Source of the DNA: Octopus vulgaris
Taxonomy: Eukaryota
Reading direction: 5' to 3'
NCBI GenBank assembly: GCA_951406725.2
Contig: OX597827.1
Coordinates: forward strand, 11,284,001-11,348,000
Length of the DNA stretch: 64,000 nucleotides
Numbering within the stretch: the first letter of the stretch is position 1; every line of letters starts with the position of its first letter. Shown here one piece after another: positions 14,381 through 28,670 of this stretch. The translations under genes were made by a program, and so were the position numbers. Under the pieces are notes generated by a model. It saw only the letters and a list, made by a program, of their open reading frames with translations. It had not been told where the DNA came from and did not search any database.

Positions 14381-15387
14381 GGGGTGGGGTGAGTACCCCT
14401 GATATAAAAATAAAATGATGCTTAAGAATTGATGTTGATAAAAATAGATAAATAAATAAATACATAAAACAGCTGTCACTTGTAACAGAGTGTGACTTGG
14501 TTGTATGTATCATGCTTATGTTTCCTGTTTCATAGTGCCTTTAGAACACCTCTTGGTCTGTTCACGCTCAATCCACAGAACATCCTTGCTGTGATAGCAG
14601 GAGGATGAAGAGAGTGAGAGAGAGAGGTGCATCTGTATTCAACTGAGTACACTTAGGCATTGTGAAATGAAGTGACTTGTTCAAGGACACAATGTTCTGC
14701 CCTGTTCAGCAGTTGAACCAACGACCTTATGACATGAGCCCAACACAAACTATTTTTAGGCCATATCCCCTCGCTGTTGATAAGTAAATAGTAGTTATTT
14801 CTTTTGGTAGGGGTCTTGTGCTACAGCTTCAGGTTGACCAAAGACTTGTGAGTGGATTTGATAGATGGAAACTGTAGGAAGCCTGTCATGTGTGTGTGTG
14901 TGTTTGTCTTTCACCACTGCTTGACAACTTGTGTTGATGTGTTTAAGTTCCCTGTAACTTAGTGGTTCAGCAAAAGAATCAGTAAAAGGCTTTATAAAAC
15001 AGGTACTGTGGTCAATTCATTCAGCTAAAATTCTTCAAGATGGTGTCCCAATATGGCTGCAATTTAAGGAAACATGTGAATGATAAGAGATGTACACATG
15101 AATGTGTATGTGTGTGTGTGTGCGTGTGTGTGTAACCTAAAACCACAAGCATTACATAATTGTTCTTTTAGAATTCTTGCATAAACTGACGTTGCAAATG
15201 GAGATGGTATGGTAACATAGAACTTTAAAGACATGTTAAAGAATTTTCTTCGCCTTCTTCTTTACATAGTATATATATATATATATATATATATAAAGTT
15301 AATCCAAACAAGAAAGCACAAAAAAACACAACAACGCGAGGACGTGGAAGAGATATAGTATTATTGGACGCTCAGGAAAGAAGGAGG

Positions 15388-15422
15388 GTTTAACGTTTCG
15401 AGCAGAGCTCTTCATCGGAAAC
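15388..15422 (-). ncRNA. Minimal hammerhead ribozyme motif (U4C) in a TA-adjacent repeat
   Basis: GUUU-CCGAUGA-A-GAGC-UCU-GCUC-GAAA-CG-UU^-AAAC; helix III reduced to the palindrome AACGUU. Confidence 0.7.
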
Positions 15423-15483
15423 ATAGGAGAAGGAAAAATTCAGAGGAGGGAAGACAGAGGAAAAAAAAATCGCCAACGAAATA

Positions 15484-15677
15484 TCATCATCATCATTGTC
15501 ATTGTTTAACATCTGCTTTCCATGCTAGCATGGGTTGGACAATTTGACTGTGGGCTGGTGAACCAGATGGCTGCACCAGGCTCCAATCTTGATCTGGCAG
15601 AGATTCTACGGCTGGATGCCCTTACTAACGCCAACCACTCCGAGAGTGTAGTGGGTGCTTTTACATGCCACTGGCAC
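15484..15677 (-). mobile_element. SINE-like family C, 3' part
   Basis: Same tail and ggcatccagccgtaga module as the other copies. Confidence 0.8.
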
Positions 15678-16178
15678 AACCCTGTGGAGGGCTCTTCATT
15701 AGGTTTTGTGACCAACAATGACACTTCATGCATTGAGTACATACTTAATTTTATTAAACTTGAACAATATTTTTCAAGCAATGACCAATTTTCATCAAAA
15801 CAATGATATAATTTGTTGACTTGGAAATTATTGCAAAACTGCATGATAAACAGCAGTACCACAACCATCGCCACAACATCTGCCATACACACAGCATTCA
15901 GACTTCTGACGCAACCGCCATCAATACCTTCGACATCGCCACCTTCCCCTCCACCATCATCACCACTGTCTTTCACATCTCTTACTCTCACAATCATCCC
16001 TGACTGCCTTGGCTACCACCACCACTATCATCATCACCACTGCCTCTGCCTCTATCACAACTACAGCTCATACTAATGCTATCACCCCATTACCATTACA
16101 AAACGGCTAAATGTGTGTGTAAAAGAATTCAGTGTTCAGTATGTTCGTTCAGTTCTTCTTTCTCTCACATACTCACTT

Positions 16179-16246
<68 letters not shown>

Positions 16247-16661
16247 ATTAGTATTACTCCTACTGCCACCATCAACACTACTACTTTTAATAAAACATCA
16301 ACTCTTCCCAAATTTCTTAGTCTCTCTTTCTCTCCCTTCCAGCAATTTGCACAGTTATGAAGTTTATATCTAAATAATGTTCTTTTGTAACTTTAAAATA
16401 CACCTGCATTGAATTGTCATTATTTATGAAAATATCTTATACTTTCTGATTCATTTGTTCTCGAGTTCTTATATCACCACTACAATTGTTTCTGCACTTT
16501 TTCTTTCCTATTAACCTACAATAACCACAAGTCCATTCCTGTCTGTATTCTCTTGCTCTATCTCTTGTACTACTGCATTTTCTGGCATACAAGTTGAGAT
16601 TTCCTGACCAAAATTTACAGCCAAAAATTGGTAGCTTGACTTATATACCAAGGCAACTTAG

Positions 16662-17054
16662 TGGAGGCGCAATGGCCCAGTGGTTAGGGCAGCGAACTCG
16701 CGGTCATAGGATCGCGGTTTCGATTCCCAGACTGGGCGTTGTGAGTGTTTATTGAGCGAAAACACCTAAAAGCTCCACGAGGCTCCGGCAGGTGATGGTG
16801 GTGATCCCTGCTGTACTCTTTCACCACAACTTTCTCTCACTCTTACTTCCTGTTTGTGTTGTACCTGTATTTCAAAGGGCCGGCCTTGTCACTCTCTGTG
16901 TCTGTGTCATGCTTAATATCCCCGAGAACTACGTTAAGGGTGCACATGTCTGTGGAGTGCTCAGCCACTTACACGTTAATTTCACGAGCAGGCTGTTCCG
17001 TTGATTCGGATCAACTGGAACCCTCATCGTCGAAACCGACGGAGTGCTTCCACT
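16662..17054 (+). mobile_element. tRNA-derived SINE family E with 12-bp TSD
   Basis: A box tggcccagtgg, B box ggtttcgattcc; TSD aaggcaacttag at 16650-16661 and 17055-17066; CpGs retained, suggesting a young copy. Confidence 0.9.
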
Positions 17055-17146
17055 AAGGCAACTTAGGAGGACCAAAAAGTCCATGTAAAACACTGCATGA
17101 TTTGGAAAAAATAGTGACGATGTTTCATAGTTTATTCAATGTGTGT

Positions 17147-17596
17147 ATGAGGGGCTGCTAAAAAGATCCTGGCTTTAGGTGAAAGAAAACACGGGAGGAT
17201 CAATTAATTATGATTTCATTCAAAACATTCTGCTCTCAGATTAACACACTTATTTGTTTCTTTATTACCCACAGGGGGCTAAACATAGAGAGGACGCACG
17301 AAGGGATTAAGTCGATAACATCGATCCCAGTGCGTAACTGGTACTTATTTAATCGACCCTGAAAGGATGAAAGGTAAAGTCGACCCAAGCAGAATTTGAA
17401 CTCAGAATCTAGACAAAATACCATTAAGCATTTTAACTGGTGTGCTAACGTTCCTGCCAGCTCACCACCTTAACACACTTATTGCAGTGGTCCTTCAGTT
17501 TTCCTAAACTTTCTAAAAGAACTTGGAAGGTTGGGCCTCCAACCAGGCCCTTCATAATACCCTTAAAGCCAGGAACTTTTTTGTACCCCTTGTGTA
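17147..17596. mobile_element. Mariner MITE interrupted by a family B SINE
   Basis: TIRs tatgaggggctgctaaaaagatcctgg / ccaggaacttttttgtaccccttgtg; homologous to 12736-12939. Confidence 0.75.
17255..17469 (-). mobile_element. SINE family B with 14-bp TSD
   Basis: TSD ttaacacacttatt at 17241-17254 and 17470-17483. Confidence 0.9.
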
Positions 17597-17631
17597 TGTA
17601 TGTATATATATATATATACATATATATATAT

Positions 17632-18126
<495 letters not shown>

Positions 18127-18139
18127 CTAGCTAGCTAGC

Positions 18140-18182
<43 letters not shown>

Positions 18183-18717
18183 TCAGGCAGACAGACTGGC
18201 AGACAGACCGGCAGACAGACAGACAGACCGGCAGGCAGACAGACAGACAGACGGACAGACAGATAATAGATAAATAGATAGATTGATAGACAGACGCATA
18301 TATATATATGTTTAGTGTGCTATATTGTTTGAGAGAAAATATCAGGTTCGTCTGATGTGAATTTGCCTTTTAGGAATAGCAGTAAGTTAGGCAGAAGCAA
18401 ACATGCTACAAAGTCAATGAAATCTATAGATCCATTTGCATATGCATCTCAAATTGACATGCATAGTGTTGTGCCTAATACACACATGCACACACATACA
18501 CAAATGCACGCATGCACATGCGCAAACACACATATGTATGTAAGTAGGTATGCAGCCAGCATGTGTCTTTATAAGGCCGATGAGTTTGAGCTGATGGGCG
18601 GCGGAGGAAGTGGGGGGTGGGGGGAATGGCAGTGAATATATATGACATTATTGATGATGAACATGATTATGATATAGACGAGGATGCCAATAATGTTGAT
18701 GAAGATGATGACGATGA

Positions 18718-18751
<34 letters not shown>

Positions 18752-18765
18752 GGTGGTGGTTGCGG

Positions 18766-18799
<34 letters not shown>

Positions 18800-18834
18800 G
18801 GTGGTGGTGGTGGTGGTGATGATGGTGATGATGG

Positions 18835-18872
<38 letters not shown>

Positions 18873-19059
18873 GTGGGGGTGATGATGATGATGATGATGG
18901 TCGTGATGGTGGTGGTGATGATGATGATGATGCATCCACAAGTAGAAAGTCACCTTCATTCAAAGAATTGATGGATATATGTTATACACCCACATATGCA
19001 TACATATACATACATATAACTATATCTAAGTAAATAGGTATATATGTGCATACATACAT

Positions 19060-19124
<65 letters not shown>

Positions 19125-19125
19125 C

Positions 19126-19176
<51 letters not shown>

Positions 19177-19291
19177 AATATATATATATATACATACATA
19201 TATATATATACATACATATATATATGTACATACATATATATATATATATATATGTACATATATACATATCATATATATATTTAAATATATA

Positions 19292-19332
<41 letters not shown>

Positions 19333-20049
19333 GTATATATAAGCAGATACAGATATACACATGCAGATATACTTCCCCCGTATATCATTCAACACAGTGA
19401 TTAGACAATATCAAAAGCTATTATTGTCATCAATATCATATGTTATAAATGATACGACCGACCGGAGAAGAAATGAAATGCCGAACAAGATATTGTGTCA
19501 ACATATTAACTCACAAAATCTACATATACTCAAAGATACTCAGTCACGCACACACACACACACACACACACGCATGCAAAGAGAAAGTGAGTAGTTAAGT
19601 ATGTAATTTGTCATATAATATATAAGCTGTTTGATTTAGTTATTGTCTAATAAGCTGGTCCTGACCAAACTTGTTCAATGGATAATGTCAAAGTTAATTT
19701 ACTTGGCCAGTGAGAGAGAGACTCAGAGATGTAAATATATGTAAACACACACACACACACACAGAGGGAGAGAGTCATCTCTATTCTCATTATTGAAATT
19801 GCCATCATTATTAAAACCATCAACGTGGCCATTACCACCTCCAACACCATCATCATCATCAACATCATCACCATTATCATCATCGTCATCGTCGTCACCA
19901 TCAACATCATTGTTATTGTCAGCATCATCATCATTGTCATAATCATCATCATCATCATAATCCTTTCTACTATGGGCACAAGGCCTGAATTTTGAAGGGA
20001 AGTGGCAGTAATCAATTACACAACAACAATAATAACAATATTAATAATG

Positions 20050-20105
<56 letters not shown>

Positions 20106-20107
<2 letters not shown>

Positions 20108-20517
20108 GACCTATCAAAAACTGAGCAAATATAAAGATCTTGAAATAGAAATCAGTAAAATGTGGAACCTGAAGACTAAAACAATACCTGTTGTCATAGG
20201 TGCCCTGTGAATGATAGCAAAAGGGGCTGATTGCTACCTAACTCAGATACCAGGAAACCCAAAAATGGCAGAAATTCAAAAGATAGTGCTCATGGGAACT
20301 GCTCATATCCTACGCAAAATACTTTCTATGTAATCTCAAGGTTTAAAACAAACATAATTTTTTTTTTTAGACATCCACTAGTACAAAAAAAAAACCCAAC
20401 CAAATGTATGGCACACTATACATAACAGCAACGTGAACTTCCAGCCTGTTGTCTCTTGAGGTCTCTGGGTGAGACTTGGAGCCAACTTGTACAAATATAA
20501 AGCAACAGTCAAACATA

Positions 20518-20519
<2 letters not shown>
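20106..20519 (+). mobile_element. R4/Dong-clade LINE 3' end inserted in (TAA)n
   Basis: KTYQKLSKYKDLEIEISKMWNLKTKTIPVVIGAL*MIAKGADCYLTQIPGNPKMAEIQKIVLMGTAHILRKILSM* matches the C-terminus of RLE-type R4/Dong ORFs; 3' UTR follows; TAA tracts on both sides. Confidence 0.85.
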
Positions 20520-20587
<68 letters not shown>

Positions 20588-20590
<3 letters not shown>

Positions 20591-21193
20591 TAGAAAAGCG
20601 CTTGGGGAGCACAAACCTCCACCAAGCAGTTCATTTCCACCCATATACATGAATGCTGAAAATCGCCCAATTTCCCAAACCGATGCCAGCAAAAACATAA
20701 CCACCTTGGTGGTGGTAAAAAAAAAGATGACAGCAATATGATATTTTTAAAAATTCCTTTAAAAACAGGAATCATCCCAATAGTCAAGGCTTGTCATGTC
20801 ATCCTCTGCAGACCTCCACCAAGCAGCTCATTTTAAGATAGATAAAATTACTAATAAGGAAATGAAAATAAACTTTGGAAACAGCAACGCCACCATGGGT
20901 TACGTGGAAACGTTGAACGTGTTTTCAAGGGAGATAATCAAATATCGTAACATTGTAATACTTCATGTAAAGTAAATATAACAATTGAAAGATCTTTCTA
21001 GAACCCACAAAATTTCTGGATCACTACCAAAATTTCATCGTCTGTTCCTTGTCTTATTACCAACTTTTTCTGCAAGTTTCATCAAATGCTGTTCACAACG
21101 TTTTGAGTTATTTTGCACACAGACAGACAGACAGACAGAGGGACAGACTGACAAACCAGCGCCGATGAAAACATAACCCCCTTCCTTGGCGGA

Positions 21194-21198
<5 letters not shown>
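20588..21198 (-). mobile_element. Helentron-associated non-autonomous element (HINE/DINE-1-like)
   Basis: Minus strand starts ttacctccgccaagg, has (TCTG)n, a subterminal inverted repeat cttggtggaggt, a 3' hairpin and ends ctagtt. Confidence 0.8.
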
Positions 21199-21237
<39 letters not shown>

Positions 21238-21262
21238 CAATAATAATAACAATAATAATAAA

Positions 21263-21817
21263 TGCCCTGATGCAGTACCAGGCAGTGGCTCTCATGGCTT
21301 CTGATCTTAACTGATTGCAAGTGTTATTATGTACATTGTTTTGTCTTGGTATAAAAGATGGGCTACAGCAAATATTCTGCTCAATACCACAGATTTGCTT
21401 GTCAGTGTTGTTTGACCATAACTAGTTGAGCCTGTCCCTTAGTGGCTGATGATATATCCATCTCTGGTCATGAGCAGAAGTTGTGGCAGAGCATCATAGC
21501 CATGTGGTGAGAGGAATTCTTTGGAGTTTGACTAATTCACCTTTGGAAACGTTGGTGTTTCATTCAACATCCTTAAATAACCCTTATTCAGGGACCTTTT
21601 GAGTGGGATGGGCTACTTGACCTGAAGAAAATTCTAACTGGGCCCCCACCTACAAGGTTATGCACTGTTTATTTTGATATGAGATTACCATGTCGTGCAC
21701 ATATGGTTGTGATGCATGTGCCTGGTATACCCTTATCTGATGAGTAGTCATGATGAGTATACTGGGCTTTGTATATTTTATCCCAGTGACACTTTGATGG
21801 CATGGTCTGCTCTCTCA
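21263..21817 (+). mobile_element. TAA-associated non-coding repeat, family D
   Basis: Homologous to 22616-22806 (+) and 52428-52737 (-); every copy abuts (TAA)n on the same strand. Confidence 0.75.
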
Positions 21818-21830
21818 AATTTTTCCACAA

Positions 21831-22085
21831 GGCCAGCCTCGCCTGGCCCCTGTGCTGGTGGCACGTAAAAAGCACCATCCGATCGTGGCCGTTTGCCAGC
21901 CCCGTCTGGCACCTGTGCCGGTGGTACGTAAAAAGCACCCACTACACTCACGGAGTGGTTGGCGTTAGGAAGGGCATCCAGCCGTAGAAACATTACCAGA
22001 TCAGACTGGGCCTGGTTCAGCCTTCTGGCTTCCCAGACCCCAGTTGAACCGTCCAACCCATGCTAGCATGGAAAGCGGACGCTAA

Positions 22086-22118
<33 letters not shown>
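21831..22118 (+). mobile_element. SINE-like family C
   Basis: Internal ~62-bp repeats, ggaagggcatccagccgtagaaac, (GAT)n tail. Confidence 0.85.
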
Positions 22119-22129
22119 GCAGCAATTTG

Positions 22130-22570
22130 AGTGAGAGGATAAGTCAATTACATCAGCCCCAGTATTGAAATGGTACCTATTTTATCAACCCTGAAAGGAT
22201 GGAAGACAAAGTCGACCTTGGCGGAATTTGAAATCAGAATATAAAGGACAAATTACTGCTGAGCATTTAGTCTGGCCTGCTAATGATTCAGCCAGCTCAC
22301 CACCTTAATAATGAAAATAATAATAGATGATAATGATAACAATAATAATAATAATCCTTTCTACTATAGGCACAGGGCCTGAAATTTGGAGGGAGGGGAC
22401 TAGTCAATTACACTGACCCTAGTGTTTCACTGGTACTTATTTTATTGACCCTGAAAGGACAAAAGGCAAAATCAACCTTGGTGGAATTTGAACTCAGAAC
22501 ATGAAGAGAGATAAAATAGTGCTAAAAATTTTGCCCACAGTGCTAATGATTCTGCCAGCTTTCAACCTTC
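22130..22570 (-). mobile_element. Two tandem family B-related SINEs with (ATT)n tails
   Basis: Both carry the head and the ttcatcctttcagggt.gataa core; the second has the tail gtgcctatagtagaaaggattatt. Confidence 0.8.
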
Positions 22571-22615
22571 ATAATAACAATGATGATAATACTAGTAATA
22601 ATAATAATAATAATA

Positions 22616-22806
22616 TGGGCTACTCAACCTGACGAAAATTCTAACTGGGCCCCACCTGCAAGGTCATGTGCTGTTTATCTTGATATGAGATCACCATGTC
22701 GCGCACATATGGTTGTGATGCATGTGCCTGGTATACCCTTATCAGACGGGTAGTCATGATGGGTATATTGGGCTTCGTATATTTTACCCCAGTGTCACTT
22801 TGATGG
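22616..22806 (+). mobile_element. Family D fragment
   Basis: Matches ~21609-21800. Confidence 0.75.
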
Positions 22807-22956
22807 TTTAACACAAAAATCAAGTAAACAATAAAATAACAATCACAATTAACAATACAATTAAATTATAAAATTCCTGAAAAGGGGCAATTTTATTGTT
22901 TAATTGTATTCTTAATTATCATTGTTATTTTATTGTTTACTAAAATAATAATAACG

Positions 22957-22990
<34 letters not shown>

Positions 22991-23017
22991 TAGTAATGAT
23001 AATAATAGTAATAATAT

Positions 23018-23185
23018 AGGTGTAGGAGTAGCTGTGTGGTAAGTAGCTTGCTTACCAACCACGTGGTTCCGGGTTCAGTCTCACTGTGTGGCACCTTGGG
23101 CAAGTGTCTTCTACTATAGCCTCGGGCTGACCAAAGACTTGTGAGTGGATTTGGTAGAGGAACTGAAAGAAGCCTGTCGTATATG

Positions 23186-23223
<38 letters not shown>

Positions 23224-23456
23224 ATGTGTGTGTGTATGTGTGTGTATATATGTTTGTGTGTCTGTGTTTGTCCCCCCCAACATCGCTTGACAACTGATGC
23301 TGGTGCGTTTACGTCCCTGTAACTTAGTGGTTCAGCAGAAGAGACTGATAGAATAAGTACTAGGCTTACAAAGAATAAGTCCTGGGGTCGATTTACTCGA
23401 CTAAAGGTGGTGCTCCAGCATGGCCACAGTCAAATGACTGAAACAAGTAAAAGAGT
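23018..23456 (+). mobile_element. SINE family A, full length
   Basis: Head to tail match. Confidence 0.9.
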
Positions 23457-23477
23457 AATAATAATAATTATTATTAT

Positions 23478-23685
23478 AATCCTATCTACAATAGACACAA
23501 GGACTGAAATTTCAAGGGAGGAAACTAGTTGATTACATCGACCCCGGTGCTCAACTGCTACTTATTTTATCGACCCCAAAAAGGATGAAGCGCAAATTCG
23601 ACCTCAGTAGTATTTGAACTCAGGATATAAAATACCACTAAGCATTTTTTCTGATCTACTAAAAATTCTGCCAGCATGTTGCTTT
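23478..23685 (-). mobile_element. Family B-related SINE, diverged
   Basis: Core and tail match 22353-22570. Confidence 0.7.
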
Positions 23686-23749
23686 AATCATCATTTTTTT
23701 AAAAAAGTATTTTTTGATGTGCTAATGATTTATCTGGCTCACAATGTTT

Positions 23750-23864
23750 CTTAAACATTCTCTAGAACAACACTATGTAAAAAAAACCAAATATATGGCA
23801 CTTTAGGCATAACACCAATATGAACTTCCAGCTTGTACAAATGTAAAGCAAAAGTCAAACATAA

Positions 23865-23866
<2 letters not shown>
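23750..23866 (+). mobile_element. Dong 3' UTR fragment
   Basis: Matches 20370-20519 with an internal deletion and ends in (TAA)n. Confidence 0.7.
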
Positions 23867-23955
<89 letters not shown>

Positions 23956-23957
23956 GT

Positions 23958-24110
23958 AATAGGAACAGTAAGCAAAAATCTCAAGAAGTACATGGAACAA
24001 ATAGGGGCTGCAATAAGGGTGGAGCACTTGCAGAAAACAACACTGCTTGGAACTGCTCGAATACTCCGGAAGGTGCTCGAAAAATAAGTGGTGTTACCTT
24101 AGTTCACTGA
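23958..24110 (+). mobile_element. Second R4/Dong family, C-terminal fragment in (TAA)n
   Basis: IGTVSKNLKKYMEQIGAAIRVEHLQKTTLLGTARILRKVLEK* (LQK..LLGTA.ILRK motif). Confidence 0.8.
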
Positions 24111-24193
24111 TAATAATAATAATAATCATAATGATAATAATAATAATAATAATAATAATCATGATAATAATAATAATAATGATAATGATAATA

Positions 24194-24224
<31 letters not shown>

Positions 24225-24244
24225 TCATGATAATAATAATAATC

Positions 24245-24350
<106 letters not shown>

Positions 24351-24352
24351 TG

Positions 24353-24425
<73 letters not shown>

Positions 24426-24451
24426 TGATGCTGATGATGATGATGATAATA

Positions 24452-24482
<31 letters not shown>

Positions 24483-24711
24483 TAATAATCCTTTCTATTA
24501 TAGGCACAGGAGCCTGAAATTTGAGGAAGGGGGTGAGTGGATTACATCAACCTCAGTGCATAACTGGTACTTAGTTTATCAACCCCCAGAAGGATGAAAG
24601 ATAAAGCTGACCCTGGCGTCATTTGAACTCAATAACAATAATAATAATTATAACCATCACCAATGCTGCCACCACCATCACAAACATCCTCATCAACCTC
24701 ATCATCACGAC

Positions 24712-24753
<42 letters not shown>

Positions 24754-24859
24754 TACCACTGCAGCTGCAGCTGTCATCCTTATTGTCCATCTAATTTACT
24801 AGACCTAAACAAAGCAAGACTTCTTTGAAGAGTGTGATGTTAACAGTGATGCGATTGTG

Positions 24860-25198
24860 AGAGTAAGTAGTGATGCTGGTGATAGTGATGATGATGACGA
24901 CGACGATGATGATGATGGTGATGATAATGATGATGATGATGATGATGATGATGATTGTGATAGTCATGATACTTATGGTGATGTGTAATTGTAATGGTGT
25001 TGTTGATGGAGATAATGATTATGGTGATGATAATGATGATGATTATAGTGATGAAGATGGTGACAATGCTGATGATGGAAATGATGATGACACTGGTAGT
25101 GATGGTGATGATAGTGGTGATGGAGATGGTGATGGTGGTATTGTGATGATGATGATGGTGGTGGCACTGATGAAGATGTGGCATTACTGATGATAATG

Positions 25199-25229
<31 letters not shown>

Positions 25230-25890
25230 AGCAGGGAGGAAGTTTTGGTGATTACAATTGGTCACTATATCGGTGGTGGTGGTGGTGATGCTCGTAATAG
25301 TGGTGTTGGTTGTGGTGTTTGTAGTGGTGGTGGTGGTGAGAATGGTGGTGAAAATGCTGGTGGTGCTGGGGAAGATAGTGGTATTGTGGTCTTCGTGGTG
25401 GTGTGGATTGGGTGGTGTTGTGGTCTTGATGGTCTTGGTGGTGGTTTGGTGGTATATGAAGGGGCGGTGGTGATGGTGGTGGTAGTGATGGCAGTGGTGG
25501 TGGGGAAGATGCTGGGGGGCAGGGGTAATGATGGTGGTGATGGTTTTAGTGGTGGTGGTGGGGAAGATGGTGGTGTTGTGGTCTCCATGGTAGTGTGGAT
25601 TGGGTGGTGTTGCAGTCTTGATGGTCTTGGTGGTGGTGGTAGTGATGGCAGTGGTGGTGGTGGGGAAGATGCTGGGGGCAGTGGTAATGATGGTGGTGAT
25701 GGTTTTAGAAGTGGTGGGGAAGATGATGGTGGTGTTGTGGTCTTGGTGGTCTTGGTGATAGAGGTGGTGGTGGTGGTGGTGGAGGTGGTGGTGTTTATGG
25801 TAGTGGTGGTGGTTGTCGTCATTGTGGTTATGGTGGTTGTAGAGATGGTGGGGGGTGCTGATGATGATAATGATACAGCTGCAATGGTAT
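24860..25890. repeat. GAT/GGT low-complexity region with internal duplications
   Basis: Block gtggattgggtggtgttg...gatggtcttggtgg...gaagatgctggggg...ggtaatgatggtggtgatggtttta recurs. Confidence 0.85.
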
Positions 25891-26721
25891 AAATTTCCTC
25901 TAAGTGACTATCTCCAAAGGACTTAATGAAGGAGTAACCATCAAAATAACTTATGATAGTTCATTAAAGGACAGAACAGGAACACTAATTTCATTCTATT
26001 GAATTGATGACATTCTTTTAATTATTTTCTAATCAAGATTTCTTATACACCACACACACACACAGACACACACACATACATACACACATCACAAAAGGTT
26101 TGTAATAAAAATTAGGAAAATACCAACACAAAACAAAAACAGTAAAAAAACAACCAAAACTAAACAAACAAAAATACAATTACAAACCAAACACAAGAAG
26201 AAGCAAATTAATATAACATGTACCCCTCCCTTTCTGATACCGAAAAAGAAAAAAAAAATATGGAAAGGAAGGAAGCACGGCAAAGAATATTCTTGTTTAC
26301 AAAGACAAAGATCTAAAAGAAAACGGCTAACTTTAAAGACAATAAGAAGATGAAGAACAACAACAACAACAATAATAATAGCCATCATAATAATCATAAA
26401 AATAACGGTTAATGATAAATGAACTGGAACAATGGCAGCGTCTTTGGAATTTACTGGCTCAAAGCCTGAGGGATGGATAATTGGAAGCAAAGCAAACGGC
26501 TGCTTTAATATACAACAAACAATAAACCCCTTGATTGTTATTATTACCAATATTGTTAATTACTATTATCATTATAATAATAAAATTAATAATAACAATA
26601 ATAATAATCATCATCATCATCACCCATCATTTTATTATTGTTATTATTATTATTATCATTATTATTGTTATCATTATTATTATTGTTATTATTATTGTTA
26701 TTATTATCATTGTTGTTATTA

Positions 26722-26786
<65 letters not shown>

Positions 26787-27353
26787 TAATTTACTTAAAT
26801 ACTAATAAGCAATTTTGAAATAAAAAACAATAAAATCTCTAATGAAGAAGCAAAAGACCAAAAAAGAATAACTAAAAATATGAAAAAAATATATATAGAA
26901 ATATGAGTTAATGATTAAAAAAAAAAATATATATATATTGAAACCCTTCAACAAAATTCCCTGTTTTCTAATCATAAATCATGTATGTACACAGGGACAC
27001 CGAGAGGAACTAGGGACAAAAGGATAACTGAAGAATCTTAAGGAAGCACGGACCAGTGGCAGTAGTGAATGTGGTGGTGGTAGTGGTGGTGGTGGTGGTG
27101 GTGGTAGTAGTGGTGGTGGTGGTTGATGATTTGGTTTTTGTGTTTGCATATATGTATGTGTGCGGATGTATATCTGCATGTGTGTGTGTGTGTGTGTGTG
27201 TCTGTATTTGTGTATGTGTGTGCAGTCATATATATATATGTATATACTTTTGCATGAGTGTATGCATGAATATATGTACACATGTGTGTGTCTATGTGTG
27301 TTGTACTAACACACACACACTCACATACAAATACATATACATACACACACATG

Positions 27354-27424
<71 letters not shown>

Positions 27425-28046
27425 ATGTATATATATATATATATATGCATGTGTTGTGTGTATATGAGATATGTACGTGTGTGTGTGTATGTATGTGCAT
27501 ATGTATGTATAAATATGTTGCGATTGAAAACGTTAATGACTAATTACAAAAAACAATAAAAAGCAATCAAATAAATTTAAGATTACAAAAAGAAAAAAAG
27601 GAAAATAAAAAAAAATAACAGGACAAAAAAAAAAAAAACGTTGGTTTCATTTTTGTGCCTCCATACTTTTTTTTTTTTTGTTTTTGTTTTAATCATCTTA
27701 TTATTTACTGTGTAGTCTTTAATAGAATGTAATTAAAGCCAAAAATCATTTAATTGGAGCACAATGAAGCTGTTGGCTGAAAATATGAATCCTCTTAGCT
27801 TACAACATCTTTAGATTGAATGTTGGGAAAGTAATTAGCCTGTTTGTTGCAAGGAAAAACACAATTTCTTGTTTCCTTATATATTGCATTTATGGATGGA
27901 CAATGGAGATGAATTTTTATCTTTTAATCACTTATTTGATTTTTTTTTGTTTGGTTTTTGTTTTTGTTTTTGTTTTTGTTTTTTGTTTTAGTCTTACATT
28001 ATACATATATTTTTTTTTATGTAGTGGGGGGTTGTATTAGTAATAG

Positions 28047-28204
<158 letters not shown>

Positions 28205-28472
28205 GCATTGGTAGTAGAGGTAGTTTTTTTAATTTTTTATTATATGTGTGTGGGTGTTGTGTGTTGTGTGTGTGCGTGTGTGTGTGTGTGCGTGTGTATC
28301 ATATATCTTCTATCTTTTACTTGTTTCAGTCACTTGACAGTGGCAGCACTTTGTATATGGAGTTATATATGTGCGCGCGCGTGTGCGTGTGTGCGTGTGC
28401 ATGGGCGTGTGTGTGTGCATGGATGTGTGTGTGCAAGTGTGTGTTGTGTGTATATGTGTATATATGTATGTA

Positions 28473-28530
<58 letters not shown>

Positions 28531-28584
28531 CATATATATGCATATATATATATATATATTGTTGTATTTCGCAATGGTCATATG

Positions 28585-28670
<86 letters not shown>

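Noticed and set aside
16662-16740. Functional tRNA gene
   Set aside because: No proper acceptor stem; it continues into a SINE body bounded by a TSD
21730-21760. ctgatgagtagtcatgatgag as a hammerhead core
   Set aside because: Sister copies of family D read tcagacgggtag here, so it is a chance mutation; no GAAA follows
26420-26510. Short ORFs or a pre-miRNA in a unique island
   Set aside because: No convincing splice sites, irregular pairing and no recognisable homology
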